30,887 bases of DNA, taken from assembly GCA_040256005.1 (NCBI GenBank), contig JBDZWC010000021.1, forward strand, positions 1 to 30,887, written 5' to 3'. This DNA is from Deinococcaceae bacterium (GTDB lineage Bacteria > Deinococcota > Deinococci > Deinococcales > Trueperaceae). This document shows positions 8,658-17,322 of the stretch, piece by piece. The position numbers and the translations under genes are program-made. Within the stretch, counting starts at the first letter, position 1, and the number at the start of each line of letters is the position of its first letter. A model generated the notes under the pieces. That model was not told where the DNA came from. It made no database searches and was given only the letters and a program-made list of their open reading frames with translations.

Positions 8658-9452
8658 TCACGCCTGCGCCTCCATCGCCCGCTCCACCTCCTCGCGGAGC
8701 TCGGCCCAGATGGCGGCCGTCAGCTCCGCGAAGCGCTGGCTCTGCGTGGTGCTCAGGTCGCGCGGGCGTGGCAGGTCGACCACGAACTCTGCCTTCTTCG
8801 TGCCCGGGTGGGCCGTCATCAGCACGACCCTGTCGCCGAGCAGCACCGCCTCCTCGATCGAGTGCGTGACGTAGAGGACGGTCTTCTTCGTCTCCTCCCA
8901 GAGGCGCAGCAGCTCCTCCTGGAGCACCGCCCTGGTCTGGGCGTCGAGAGCGCCCAGGGGCTCGTCCATCAACAGCACCTGGGGGTCGTTGGCGAGGGCC
9001 CTGGCGATCGAGACGCGCTGCTTCATCCCACCGGAGACCTGCGCCGGGTAGTAGTCGGCGAAGCGCCGCAGACCCACCTTGGCGAGCCAGGCGTCCGCCA
9101 CGCTCGACCTCTCGCGCGCGGGCACGCCGCGCATCTGCAACCCGAACGCCACGTTGTCCTTGACCGTCTTCCATGGGAAGACCGCGTACTCCTGGAACAC
9201 GACGTTGTTGAGGGGCCGGCTCGGGTCCGGCCCCGGCACGATGAACGCCTCGCCCCCCGAGAGCGTGTCGAGCCCGGCCAAGATCCGCAGGAACGTCGAC
9301 TTGCCGCAGCCGGAAGGACCCACGAGGCACACGAACTCGCCCTCGCTTACCTCGAGGTCGAAGTCGACGATCGCAGGGACGTCGCCCGCCAGCGACGGGT
9401 AGACCTTACGCGCCGCGCGGGCGACGACCTTGGCGTCCAACTGGCTTACCAC
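8658..9452 (-). CDS. ABC transporter ATP-binding protein, NitT/TauT/SsuB family
   Basis: Walker A GPSGCGKST, signature VSGGMKQR, Walker B LLMDEP, H-loop YVTHS. Confidence 0.93.
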   Translation of the reverse strand: MVSQLDAKVVARAARKVYPSLAGDVPAIVDFDLEVSEGEFVCLVGPSGCGKSTFLRILAGLDTLSGGEAFIVPGPDPSRPLNNVVFQEYAVFPWKTVKDNVAFGLQMRGVPARERSSVADAWLAKVGLRRFADYYPAQVSGGMKQRVSIARALANDPQVLLMDEPLGALDAQTRAVLQEELLRLWEETKKTVLYVTHSIEEAVLLGDRVVLMTAHPGTKKAEFVVDLPRPRDLSTTQSQRFAELTAAIWAELREEVERAMEAQA

Positions 9453-9502
9453 TCCTCACGCCCGGCGCCCGGGCCCCGGAGCCCAAGCTAACCGGCCGGC
9501 CG

Positions 9503-10534
9503 CTACTGCTGGTAGGGCCCAGCCATCTCCAGCGCCCACTCCGCGAAGTCCGTCACGATGACGTCGTCTAGGTCGATCGGCTCGTCGTAGTCGGTGCGGC
9601 CGTTCTCCCGGTGCACGCGTTCCACGTCCGCCAGCCCGTCCACCGGGATCGTCAGGTCAGGGTCGTACAGCACCGGCGTGCCGGTCCGGATGGCCTCCTC
9701 GGTCGAGTTGACGTAGGCCAGGTAGGCCGCGATGTTCTCGTCCGAGAGGTACTCGTCGCCCTGCATCATGCGCGCCGCCTCGAGCAGCGCGAGCGCGAAG
9801 CGCTGCGCGGCCTCTGGCCGCCCCTCGAGGAACTGCCCCGAGCCGACGAAGGCCACCGTCATGAGACCGGGGACCAGGTCTGTCGCGAGCGTGACGCCGG
9901 TGCCGTCGGCCTCGATCTGCTCGGCGTAGGGGGAGCCGAGCACCGCGGCGTCGATGGACCCGTTGGCGAAGCCCGCCGGCATGTCGGCGTTCGCCAGGTT
10001 GATGGGCTGGACGTCGCGGATCGTGAGGCCGCCGCGCTCGAGGGCCTTGGCCGCCAGGTACTCGCCACCCGAGCCGGGGCCGCCCGCCATGGCCACCGTG
10101 TGGCCGCGGAGCTCCTCGATCGTGTCCACGGCCCCGGAGTCGTACAGGTCCTTGCGGACCATGAACTTCGTGGGGCTGTTCTCGAACGGCTCGAGCCCGC
10201 CCGGCGCGAAGACACGGATGTCTATCCCCTGGTTCCAACCGTTCCACAAGGACGTGACGATGGCGATGCCGCCCACGTCGATCTGGCCCTGTTCGAGGAA
10301 CGCGATGGCCTCGGTGCCCGACGCCACGATGTTGATGTCCACGTCCAGGCCGTACTTCTCGAATATCCCTCGCTCGGCCGCGACGTACAGGGCAGCGAAC
10401 TTGAGGATGGGCACGACCGCCACGCTGACGTGCTCGGGTGGGTCGAGAGGCTCCACGGCCTGCTGAGCCCAGGCGAAGCCGGTCAGCAACAGGCCCGCGA
10501 CGATCAAGGCGACGGTGAGCTGGCGTGCTCTCAT
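9503..10534 (-). CDS. ABC transporter substrate-binding protein, NMT1/THI5/SsuA-like
   Basis: Signal peptide (AWA-Q), LYVAAERGIFEKYGLDV, GSIDAA. ATG at 10534 follows GGAGG (cctcc 10542-10546). Adjacent to the ATPase and permease. Confidence 0.87.
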   Translation of the reverse strand: MRARQLTVALIVAGLLLTGFAWAQQAVEPLDPPEHVSVAVVPILKFAALYVAAERGIFEKYGLDVDINIVASGTEAIAFLEQGQIDVGGIAIVTSLWNGWNQGIDIRVFAPGGLEPFENSPTKFMVRKDLYDSGAVDTIEELRGHTVAMAGGPGSGGEYLAAKALERGGLTIRDVQPINLANADMPAGFANGSIDAAVLGSPYAEQIEADGTGVTLATDLVPGLMTVAFVGSGQFLEGRPEAAQRFALALLEAARMMQGDEYLSDENIAAYLAYVNSTEEAIRTGTPVLYDPDLTIPVDGLADVERVHRENGRTDYDEPIDLDDVIVTDFAEWALEMAGPYQQ

Positions 10535-10598
10535 GCTTGTTCCTCCCATGGAACGTGGCGCCCCGCGTGGGAGCGCTACCGGTCTGAAGTAGGGGCAC

Positions 10599-10608
10599 AT
10601 ACTACCGC
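10599..10608 (-). promoter_or_regulatory. Putative -10 element (GCGG-TAGTAT) of the ABC operon
   Basis: TANNNT box about 65 nt upstream of the SBP start. The same GCGGTAGNNT context occurs before ctaA, frr and glnS. Confidence 0.45.
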
Positions 10609-10723
10609 CACCCGCGTGCGGGGCGCTTCATGCTCGGCCTAGCCCGGGCGAGCGCAACGCGGCAGCCGTCCCAGGACCATTGCCCCTCCGGGGACGAGCG
10701 GCGTCGCCCTTATCATCTCTGGG

Positions 10724-10774
10724 ATGACGGTCCGTCCAGACGCGCGACCCCGGCATGGGGGGCTGCCGGGTTGA
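10724..10774 (+). CDS. Putative leaderless 16-aa upstream ORF (MTVRPDARPRHGGLPG) coupled to ccdA
   Basis: TATCAT (10711-10716) + 7 nt + ATG 10724. Its TGA (10772-10774) overlaps the ccdA TTG (10771-10773). Confidence 0.3.
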   Translation: MTVRPDARPRHGGLPG

Positions 10775-11475
10775 CGCCGACGCTGCCCCTGGCGTTCGTG
10801 GCCGGGGTCCTCTCCTTCCTCTCACCCTGCGTGCTCCCGCTGGTGCCCAGCTACCTGGCCTACGTGGGGGGCAGCGCGCAGGCGGAGCGCCGCGTGTTGG
10901 TGCGCAACGCGCTCTTCTTCGTGCTGGGGTTCGGGCTGGTCTTCATCGCTCTGGGGGCGTCCGCGAGCTTCCTGGGCTCACTGCTGCGTGCCAACAAGGA
11001 CCTCCTGACGATCGTCGGCGGCGTGCTCGTCGGCCTGTTCGGTCTGGTGATGCTGGGCGTGATACGCCTGCCGTTCCTCTACCGCGACTCGCGGCCTCAG
11101 TACCGCGGCGAGAGCCGGACCCCCGTGGGCGCGCTGCTGCTCGGCATGGCCTTCGCCGCCGGCTGGACACCGTGCATAGGGCCCATCCTGGGGGGCATCC
11201 TCACCCTGGCCGGCGCCAGCGGCACCCTCACGCAGGGCGTCGGGCTGTTGGCCGTGTACTCGCTGGGCCTGGCCGTCCCGTTCCTGGCGGCCGCCCTGTT
11301 GCTCGGCCCGTTCATGGCCTTCTCCAAGGCGTTCCGGCGCTACCTGCCGTGGGTGGAGCGGGTCGCCGGCGTGATCCTCGTCGTCGCCGGCGTCCTGATG
11401 GTGACCGGCACCTACACGGCCCTGAACGCCTACCTCATCAAGATCACGCCCGACTGGCTCATCTCGCGCCTATGA
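10771..11475 (+). CDS. ccdA: Cytochrome c biogenesis protein CcdA (DsbD transmembrane domain)
   Basis: SFLSPCVLPLVP and GWTPCIGPIL redox Cys motifs, six TMs. Start placed at TTG 10771 (uncertain). Confidence 0.9.
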   Translation: MTPTLPLAFVAGVLSFLSPCVLPLVPSYLAYVGGSAQAERRVLVRNALFFVLGFGLVFIALGASASFLGSLLRANKDLLTIVGGVLVGLFGLVMLGVIRLPFLYRDSRPQYRGESRTPVGALLLGMAFAAGWTPCIGPILGGILTLAGASGTLTQGVGLLAVYSLGLAVPFLAAALLLGPFMAFSKAFRRYLPWVERVAGVILVVAGVLMVTGTYTALNAYLIKITPDWLISRL

Positions 11476-12188
11476 CCGAGACGGCGTCCGCTAATCCTCA
11501 GCCGGGGCGCCGTGCGAGCGGCGGCGGTCCCGCGCTCTCGCTGCGCGGCGTACGGCGGCGCATGGGGCGAGAGACCGTCCTGGCCGGCATAGACCTCGAG
11601 GTGGCAGCGGGGCGCCTGGTGGTGCTCAGGGGCAGCAACGGCTCCGGCAAGACCACTCTCCTGAGGCTGCTCGCGACGCGCCTGCGACCTCACGCCGGGA
11701 CCGCCAGCGTCTTCGGCCATGACCTCGTGAGCGAGGCCGAGGCCGTCAGGGGGCGCGTCGGGCTGTTGAGCGTGACCGGCGGCAGCTACCCGGTCCTCAC
11801 CGGCAGGGAGAACCTCGGGCTGACGACGTCGCTGACCGGCAAGGGCTCCGACGACGACGCGGAGGCGGCGCTCACGCGCGTGGGCCTGGCGGCGGAGGCC
11901 GACAAGCAGGTCCGCTACTACTCGAGCGGCATGAAGAAGCGCCTGGGCCTGGCGCGGCAGCTCCTCAGGGACCCTGACCTGTGGCTGCTCGACGAGCCCT
12001 ACTCGGCGCTGGACGAGGACGGCAAGCGGCTGGTGGACGAGTGCCTCTCCGAGGCCAGGGCGCGTGGTCGCACCGTGCTGCTCGCGTCGCACGAGCAGGA
12101 CCGCGACGCGCTTACGCCTGACGCCATCGTGGAGCTCGCGGGCGGCAGGCTCAGGCTGGTCGCCCCGGCCGGGACGGCGCCACGGTGA
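11472..12188 (+). CDS. ccmA: Heme ABC exporter ATP-binding protein CcmA
   Basis: GSNGSGKTT, YSSGMKKR, WLLDEP. ATGA overlap with the ccdA stop; precedes ccmB. Confidence 0.87.
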   Translation: MTETASANPQPGRRASGGGPALSLRGVRRRMGRETVLAGIDLEVAAGRLVVLRGSNGSGKTTLLRLLATRLRPHAGTASVFGHDLVSEAEAVRGRVGLLSVTGGSYPVLTGRENLGLTTSLTGKGSDDDAEAALTRVGLAAEADKQVRYYSSGMKKRLGLARQLLRDPDLWLLDEPYSALDEDGKRLVDECLSEARARGRTVLLASHEQDRDALTPDAIVELAGGRLRLVAPAGTAPR

Positions 12189-12865
12189 ACGACGTCCAGG
12201 CCGTGTTGGCCATCGCGCGCAAGGACCTACTCCAGGAGCTGCGCAGCCGGGCCGCGACCGTGGCGACCCTGTTCTTCACGGCGACCACGCTGCTCATGAT
12301 GGCGTTCGCGTTGGGCCGGGAGCAGGCCGTGTTGGCTAGCGCGACGCCGGGCGTCCTGTGGGTCGCGCTGGTGTTCGCCGGCGTGACCGCCGCCGCCCAG
12401 AGCTTCCAGTCGGACCTGGAGGACGGCGCGTTCGACCAGCTCATGACGTACCCCGTGTCCCGGGCGGCCGTGTACCTGGGCAAGCTGCTCGCGAACTGGC
12501 TCTACCTGGCGGTGCTCGGCCTCGTGCTCGCACCGGTCGCCCTCACGCTCTACGGCGCCGCGCTACCCGGTCTCGGGTCGTACGGCCTGATCGCGCTCGC
12601 CGTGGCGTTGGGCTCCTTCGGTTTCGCCATCGTGGCGACCTTCTACGCCGCCCTCACGGCCAACCTACAGGCGCGCGAGGCGCTGCTGCCGGTGCTCATG
12701 TTCCCGATCGTCGTGCCCATCGTCCTGGCGGCCGTCCGCGCCACCGAGGGCGCGCTGTCCGGCGCCCTGTCGCCCGTGGGAGATTGGTTGCTGCTTCTCG
12801 CCGGCTTCGATCTCGTCTACTTCGTCGTGTGCGGCGGGCTGTTCCACTTCGTGGTGGACGAGTGA
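12185..12865 (+). CDS. ccmB: Heme exporter protein CcmB
   Basis: KDLLQELRS, PGVLWV, FQSDLEDGAFDQL, LLPVLMFPIVVP. GTGA overlap with ccmA. Confidence 0.92.
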   Translation: MNDVQAVLAIARKDLLQELRSRAATVATLFFTATTLLMMAFALGREQAVLASATPGVLWVALVFAGVTAAAQSFQSDLEDGAFDQLMTYPVSRAAVYLGKLLANWLYLAVLGLVLAPVALTLYGAALPGLGSYGLIALAVALGSFGFAIVATFYAALTANLQAREALLPVLMFPIVVPIVLAAVRATEGALSGALSPVGDWLLLLAGFDLVYFVVCGGLFHFVVDE

Positions 12866-12995
12866 GCGCGCCGACCTTGACACCCGCGTCCGTACGAGCC
12901 GCCGGGACCTCGGAGGACGGGCTACCCTGCCTCGCAGTCTTACACTTGACCTCGCTGGCGGCCGGCCACCGCGCCGGCGCCAATAGGAGCGGAAG

Positions 12996-13739
12996 ATGAA
13001 CAGTACGGTCTCGAGCCAGTACAAGTCCCGAACGCGTCCTCTGTGGTTGACGCTACTGGGGCTCGCCTGCCTGGTCGGGTTGGCGGTGAGCGCCTACCTG
13101 GCACTGGTCGTGAGCCCGCCCGACGTGAACCAGGGCGACCTTATCCGGATCATGTACGCCCACGTGTCCGTGGCCTGGATCTGCTTCGTCGCCGTGGCGG
13201 TCGCCGGGCTGTGGTCGGCGCTCTACCTGTGGCGCGGTCGCGAGAAGGACGACGTGCGTGCCGTGGCGAACGCCGAGGCCGCGCTCGTCTACTCGGCGCT
13301 CACGATCACCGGCGGCATGATCTACAGCAAGCCCACCCTCAACACGTTCTGGACGTGGGACGCCAAGCTCACCCTGACAGCGGTCATGGTCGCGCTCATC
13401 GCCGGCTACTTCATCGTCAGGGCGCTGATCGACGAGCCGGTCAGGCGCGGCAGGATCTCGGCCGTGATCATGTTGATCGTCGTCGTCAGCCTGCCGTTCA
13501 ACTACCTGGCGGCCGAGTGGTTCCGCACCCTCCACCCAGCCAAGAGCATCAACCTGGACGGCAGCGGCGTGACCATGGACCCCTCGATGCTGCGCGTGCT
13601 GCTCGTCAACGTGGCGGTCGCCGGCCTGATCTACCTGTACTTCGTGTCCGAACGCATCCGCATCGGGCTGTTCAGCGTCGCGCCGAAGGCGGCAGAGGAC
13701 AAGCAGCCCGTGTCCACGGAGGTCGTCCGTGTGGGCTGA
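12996..13739 (+). CDS. ccmC: Heme chaperone-loading protein CcmC
   Basis: RIMYAHV, WWD-type motif FWTWDAKLT, WFRTLHP. AGGAG RBS upstream. Confidence 0.93.
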   Translation: MNSTVSSQYKSRTRPLWLTLLGLACLVGLAVSAYLALVVSPPDVNQGDLIRIMYAHVSVAWICFVAVAVAGLWSALYLWRGREKDDVRAVANAEAALVYSALTITGGMIYSKPTLNTFWTWDAKLTLTAVMVALIAGYFIVRALIDEPVRRGRISAVIMLIVVVSLPFNYLAAEWFRTLHPAKSINLDGSGVTMDPSMLRVLLVNVAVAGLIYLYFVSERIRIGLFSVAPKAAEDKQPVSTEVVRVG

Positions 13740-13860
13740 CCTGACACAGAACCAGTGGGTGGCGCTGGCGTGGGTCGAGCTGCTGGTCGTCTACGTCGGT
13801 TACCTCGGTTACCTCAGGTGGTTGAGGAACAAGAAGGCCAGGTCGGAAGGGGAAGAGTGA
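13729..13860 (+). CDS. ccmD: Heme exporter protein CcmD (43 aa, absent from ORF track)
   Basis: GTG 13729 after GGAGG (13718-13722) gives MWADLTQNQWVALAWVELLVVYVGYLGYLRWLRNKKARSEGEE: one TM plus charged tail. Lies between ccmC and ccmE; its stop overlaps the ccmE start (GTGA). Confidence 0.8.
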   Translation: MWADLTQNQWVALAWVELLVVYVGYLGYLRWLRNKKARSEGEE

Positions 13861-14288
13861 GGAAGAAGGTCGTATACGCCGTGCTCGGCGTGTTCGTGCT
13901 GGTCGCGGCGGGCCTCATGATCGCCCGCGCCTTGCAGACGTCCCTGGTGTACTTCGTGCTGCCGAGCGAGTACGCACGCGACGCCTCCAGCTTCGACGGC
14001 CGCAAGATCAGGCTGGCCGGGCTGGTGGAGCCGGGCAGCGTGCAGTTCGACGATTCGGGCCTGCAGTTGACCTTCAACGTCACGGACACCTACGAGACGT
14101 ACCCGGTCCGCTACGGCGGCGCGCCGCCCGACATGTTCCAGGAGAACGGCGGGGTCGTGATCGAGGGCGCGTTCCACGAGGGCGTCTTCGTGGGCGACAA
14201 CCTGTTGGTGAAGCACAGCAACGACTACCACCCGCCGGCCGAGGGCGAGGCGGTCGACGTGGAGGCGTTGAAGGAGTCGTTGCGCTGA
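13857..14288 (+). CDS. ccmE: Heme chaperone CcmE
   Basis: N-terminal TM, IRLAGLVEPGS, PDMFQENGGVVIEG, heme-binding HxxxY (KHSNDY). Confidence 0.93.
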   Translation: MRKKVVYAVLGVFVLVAAGLMIARALQTSLVYFVLPSEYARDASSFDGRKIRLAGLVEPGSVQFDDSGLQLTFNVTDTYETYPVRYGGAPPDMFQENGGVVIEGAFHEGVFVGDNLLVKHSNDYHPPAEGEAVDVEALKESLR

Positions 14289-14298
14289 GGAGACGTTC

Positions 14299-16296
14299 GT
14301 GCCGCTAGAGCTCGGGGTCGTGGGCGGAGCCGCGGCGTTCCTGGCGTTCGCCGTCGCGCTCTACGGGGCCGTGGTCGGCTCCCTGGGCGCATGGCGCCGT
14401 GACGCGCGCCTGATGACATCGGCGCGGCTGTCGAGCGTCGCCGGCTTCCTGCTGGCGACCGTGGCCGTCGTCGTCATGCAGACAGCGCTCCTGACCGACG
14501 ACTTCAGCGTCTCGTACGTGGCCGCCCACTCGCGCATCGCCTCCCCCATCTGGGTCAAGGTCGTCACGATGTGGGCCGCGCTCGAGGGTTCCATACTCCT
14601 GTGGGCCTGGCTTCTTTCCGGGTACACCGCGCTGCTCGCTGCCATCGCGCCCCTGTCGCCGCTGCGTCCGTGGGCGCTGGCCATCATGCAGGGCGTACAG
14701 ACGTTCTTCTTCTTCGTGCTGGCGTTCCTCGCCAACCCGTTCACGGTCCTGGCCGTGCCGCCACTCGACGGCCCGGGTCCCAACGAGCTCCTGCAGAACC
14801 ACTGGATGATGGCTGTCCACCCTCTGCTCATGTACCTCGGGTTCGTGGGGCTCACGGTGCCGTTCGCGTACGCCATGGCGGCGCTGATAACCAGGCGGCC
14901 GGGCTCGGAGTGGATGACGGTGACGAGACGCTGGACGCTAACGGGCTGGGGCTTCCTCTCCGCCGCGATCGTCGCCGGCGGTTGGTGGAGCTACGAGGTC
15001 CTCGGCTGGGGCGGTTACTGGGCCTGGGACCCCGTCGAGAACGTGAGCCTCATGCCGTGGCTCACCGCCACCGCGTTCATCCACTCCGTGCAGGTGCAGG
15101 AGCGCCGCCAGATGCTCAAGCCGTGGAACGTCATGCTGATCCTGCTGACGTTCTCGCTCTCGATACTCGGCACGTTCCTCACGCGCTCCGGGGTCGTCTC
15201 GTCGGTGCACGCCTTCGGCAACGGGCCCGTTGGCCCCGCCTTCCTGGCGTTCTTCCTGCTCGTGACGCTGGGCGCGTTCGCGCTGCTCGCGGTGCGCTGG
15301 GACGACGTCAAGGACAGGGCCGAGCTGGACTCACTCGTCAGCCGTGAGGGCAGCTTCCTGGGCGTGAACGTACTGTTCCTCGCTCTCACCTTCGCCGTGC
15401 TGTTGGGCACTCTCTTCCCGCTGATCGTCGAGGCGGTCTCGGGCGCGAGGGTCACGGTGGGCCCGCCGTTCTTCGACCAGGTGACGCTGCCGTTGTGGCT
15501 GCTGGTGCTGCTCCTGATGGGCATCGGACCGCTGCTCCCGTGGCGCAAGGCCGAGGACCAGCTGCTGTCACGCAACCTCGCCTGGCTGCTGGGTGGGCTC
15601 GTCGTCTCGGGTGCGCTGGCGTGGGTGCTGGGCGTGCGCAAGGTCTACCCCATGCTCACCGTCGCCCTGGCCGGCTACAACCTGGTCTCGCTGGCCCTGC
15701 TGCTCACCGGAGCCCTGGTGCCACGGCTCCGCCTGGCGACGCGCCCAGCCGTCGTCGTCATCAGGCGTTACGCCTTCGAGAACCGCCGCCGCGTGGGCAG
15801 CATGGTGGTGCACTTCGCCGTCGTGATCATCGCGGTGGGCGTCGCCTTCTCGAGCGGCTACCGCGTCGACGAGCAGCTACGGGTCGACATCGGCGGCTCT
15901 GCGCAGTTCGAGGGGTACACCCTGACGGCGTTGGACACGTTCATGGAGCAGACGCCGGGGCGCATCAGCTCCGGTGCGATCGTGCAGGTGAGCAGGGACG
16001 GCGCCTTCGTGGGCACTTTGCGCCCGCGCCTCAACGTCTTCGGCGCAGGCGGGCGGCCCATCCCGACGCCGGCCGTGCTCTACCGACCGTCCCACGACGT
16101 CTACCTCAACCTGAACAGCACTGTCGGCCCAGACACCCAGTTCGTGGTGCTCAGGGCCGTCAAGAGCCCGCTCGTGACCTGGATCTGGGTGGGTGGCCTC
16201 GTACTGGTGTTCGGGGTCATCTACAGCCTCGGCGGCGCCACCCGGGCACTGCCGGCCCACGCGACACGGGCGTCGACCGTCGCCCAGGAGGCCTGA
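14299..16296 (+). CDS. ccmF: Cytochrome c heme lyase CcmF
   Basis: LEGSILLW, VHPLLMYLG, WGGYWAWDPVEN, TRSGVVSSVHAF. Confidence 0.96.
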   Translation: MPLELGVVGGAAAFLAFAVALYGAVVGSLGAWRRDARLMTSARLSSVAGFLLATVAVVVMQTALLTDDFSVSYVAAHSRIASPIWVKVVTMWAALEGSILLWAWLLSGYTALLAAIAPLSPLRPWALAIMQGVQTFFFFVLAFLANPFTVLAVPPLDGPGPNELLQNHWMMAVHPLLMYLGFVGLTVPFAYAMAALITRRPGSEWMTVTRRWTLTGWGFLSAAIVAGGWWSYEVLGWGGYWAWDPVENVSLMPWLTATAFIHSVQVQERRQMLKPWNVMLILLTFSLSILGTFLTRSGVVSSVHAFGNGPVGPAFLAFFLLVTLGAFALLAVRWDDVKDRAELDSLVSREGSFLGVNVLFLALTFAVLLGTLFPLIVEAVSGARVTVGPPFFDQVTLPLWLLVLLLMGIGPLLPWRKAEDQLLSRNLAWLLGGLVVSGALAWVLGVRKVYPMLTVALAGYNLVSLALLLTGALVPRLRLATRPAVVVIRRYAFENRRRVGSMVVHFAVVIIAVGVAFSSGYRVDEQLRVDIGGSAQFEGYTLTALDTFMEQTPGRISSGAIVQVSRDGAFVGTLRPRLNVFGAGGRPIPTPAVLYRPSHDVYLNLNSTVGPDTQFVVLRAVKSPLVTWIWVGGLVLVFGVIYSLGGATRALPAHATRASTVAQEA

Positions 16297-16297
16297 G

Positions 16298-16849
16298 GTG
16301 AAGGCGCGCAGGCTCCTAGTGACGCTGGCCGTCGTGGCCGCGCTCGGCGGCATCTTCGCGTTCGGGTTGCTGAGGGGCGAGCCGGACCGTGACCTGCCCT
16401 CCGAGCTCATCGGCCGGCCTGCACCCAGCTTCGACATCCCGCTCTACGAGCGCTACCAGGGCCAGTACGGAGACGTCCTCTCGCTGTCCGAGTACCTGGG
16501 CGAGCGTCCGCTGGTGGTCAACTTCTGGGCCTCGTGGTGCGCGCCCTGCTACGTCGAGGCGCCCGTGCTCCAATCCTACTGGCAGGAGTACCAGGACACC
16601 GACGTGCTCTTCGTCGGCGTCCAGACGCAGGACAAGGGGCAGTACGAAGAGGGACGCGCCTTCATGGACCAGTTCGGCCTCGGCTTCCCCAACGGCATCG
16701 ACGACGACTCGCGCATGAGCATCGGCTGGGGCCTGCTCGGCGTACCCGAGACCTTCTTCATCGACCGTGACGGCGTGGTGCGCGAGAAGCACATCGGTCC
16801 GGTGACGCCGGAAGTGATGGAGCGCCAGCTGGCGGCCCTACTCGAATGA
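16298..16849 (+). CDS. ccmG: Thiol:disulfide oxidoreductase CcmG (TlpA/DsbE family)
   Basis: N-terminal TM, VVNFWASWCAPC, GVPETFFID. GTG 16298 lies directly after the ccmF stop. Confidence 0.92.
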   Translation: MKARRLLVTLAVVAALGGIFAFGLLRGEPDRDLPSELIGRPAPSFDIPLYERYQGQYGDVLSLSEYLGERPLVVNFWASWCAPCYVEAPVLQSYWQEYQDTDVLFVGVQTQDKGQYEEGRAFMDQFGLGFPNGIDDDSRMSIGWGLLGVPETFFIDRDGVVREKHIGPVTPEVMERQLAALLE

Positions 16850-17322
16850 CCGCCGCAGCCCCCGTAGGGCCGGCCGTGCGCCGCGCCAGGTGGATCGCCG
16901 TGCTGCTCGCCTGCTTTGCGAGCCTGGCAGTGGCGCAGCAGGTGCAGCTCGAGAACCGCGTGTACGAGATCGCCGGCAAGCTGCGCTGCCCCGTGTGCAC
17001 GTCGGAGAGCGTGGCAGACTCCAGCGTCCAGCTCGCCATCCAGATGCGCGAGATCATCCAGGAGCAGCTCAACGACGGGCGCAGCGAAGCGCAGATCCTC
17101 GCGTTCTTCCAGGAGCGCTACGGCGACTGGATCCTGCTCGACCCGCCCAAGCGCGGCCTCCACCTGCTCGTCTGGGTCCTGCCCGTCGTCGGTGCGATCC
17201 TGGGCGTGACGGCCCTCTTCGTGCTGGGCCGGCGCTGGCAGCGCCGCTCGCACGAGCCCATCGACGTTGACCCTGCCGACCTGGCGCGCGTCCGGTCCGA
17301 GCTGGCCTCGGAGGAGACTTGA
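16846..17322 (+). CDS. ccmH: Cytochrome c biogenesis protein CcmH
   Basis: LRCPVC, SVADS, FFQERYGDWILLDP, C-terminal TM. ATGA overlap with ccmG. Confidence 0.93.
   Translation: MTAAAPVGPAVRRARWIAVLLACFASLAVAQQVQLENRVYEIAGKLRCPVCTSESVADSSVQLAIQMREIIQEQLNDGRSEAQILAFFQERYGDWILLDPPKRGLHLLVWVLPVVGAILGVTALFVLGRRWQRRSHEPIDVDPADLARVRSELASEET

Noticed and set aside
10535..10598. Possible TPP riboswitch ahead of the NMT1/THI5-like binding protein
   Set aside because: The leader is only ~60 nt and lacks the CTGAGA and CCTGA...TAAT core motifs.
10755..12188. 477-aa ORF suggesting an N-terminally extended CcmA
   Set aside because: The first ~240 codons overlap ccdA out of frame; the real start is the ATGA overlap at 11472.
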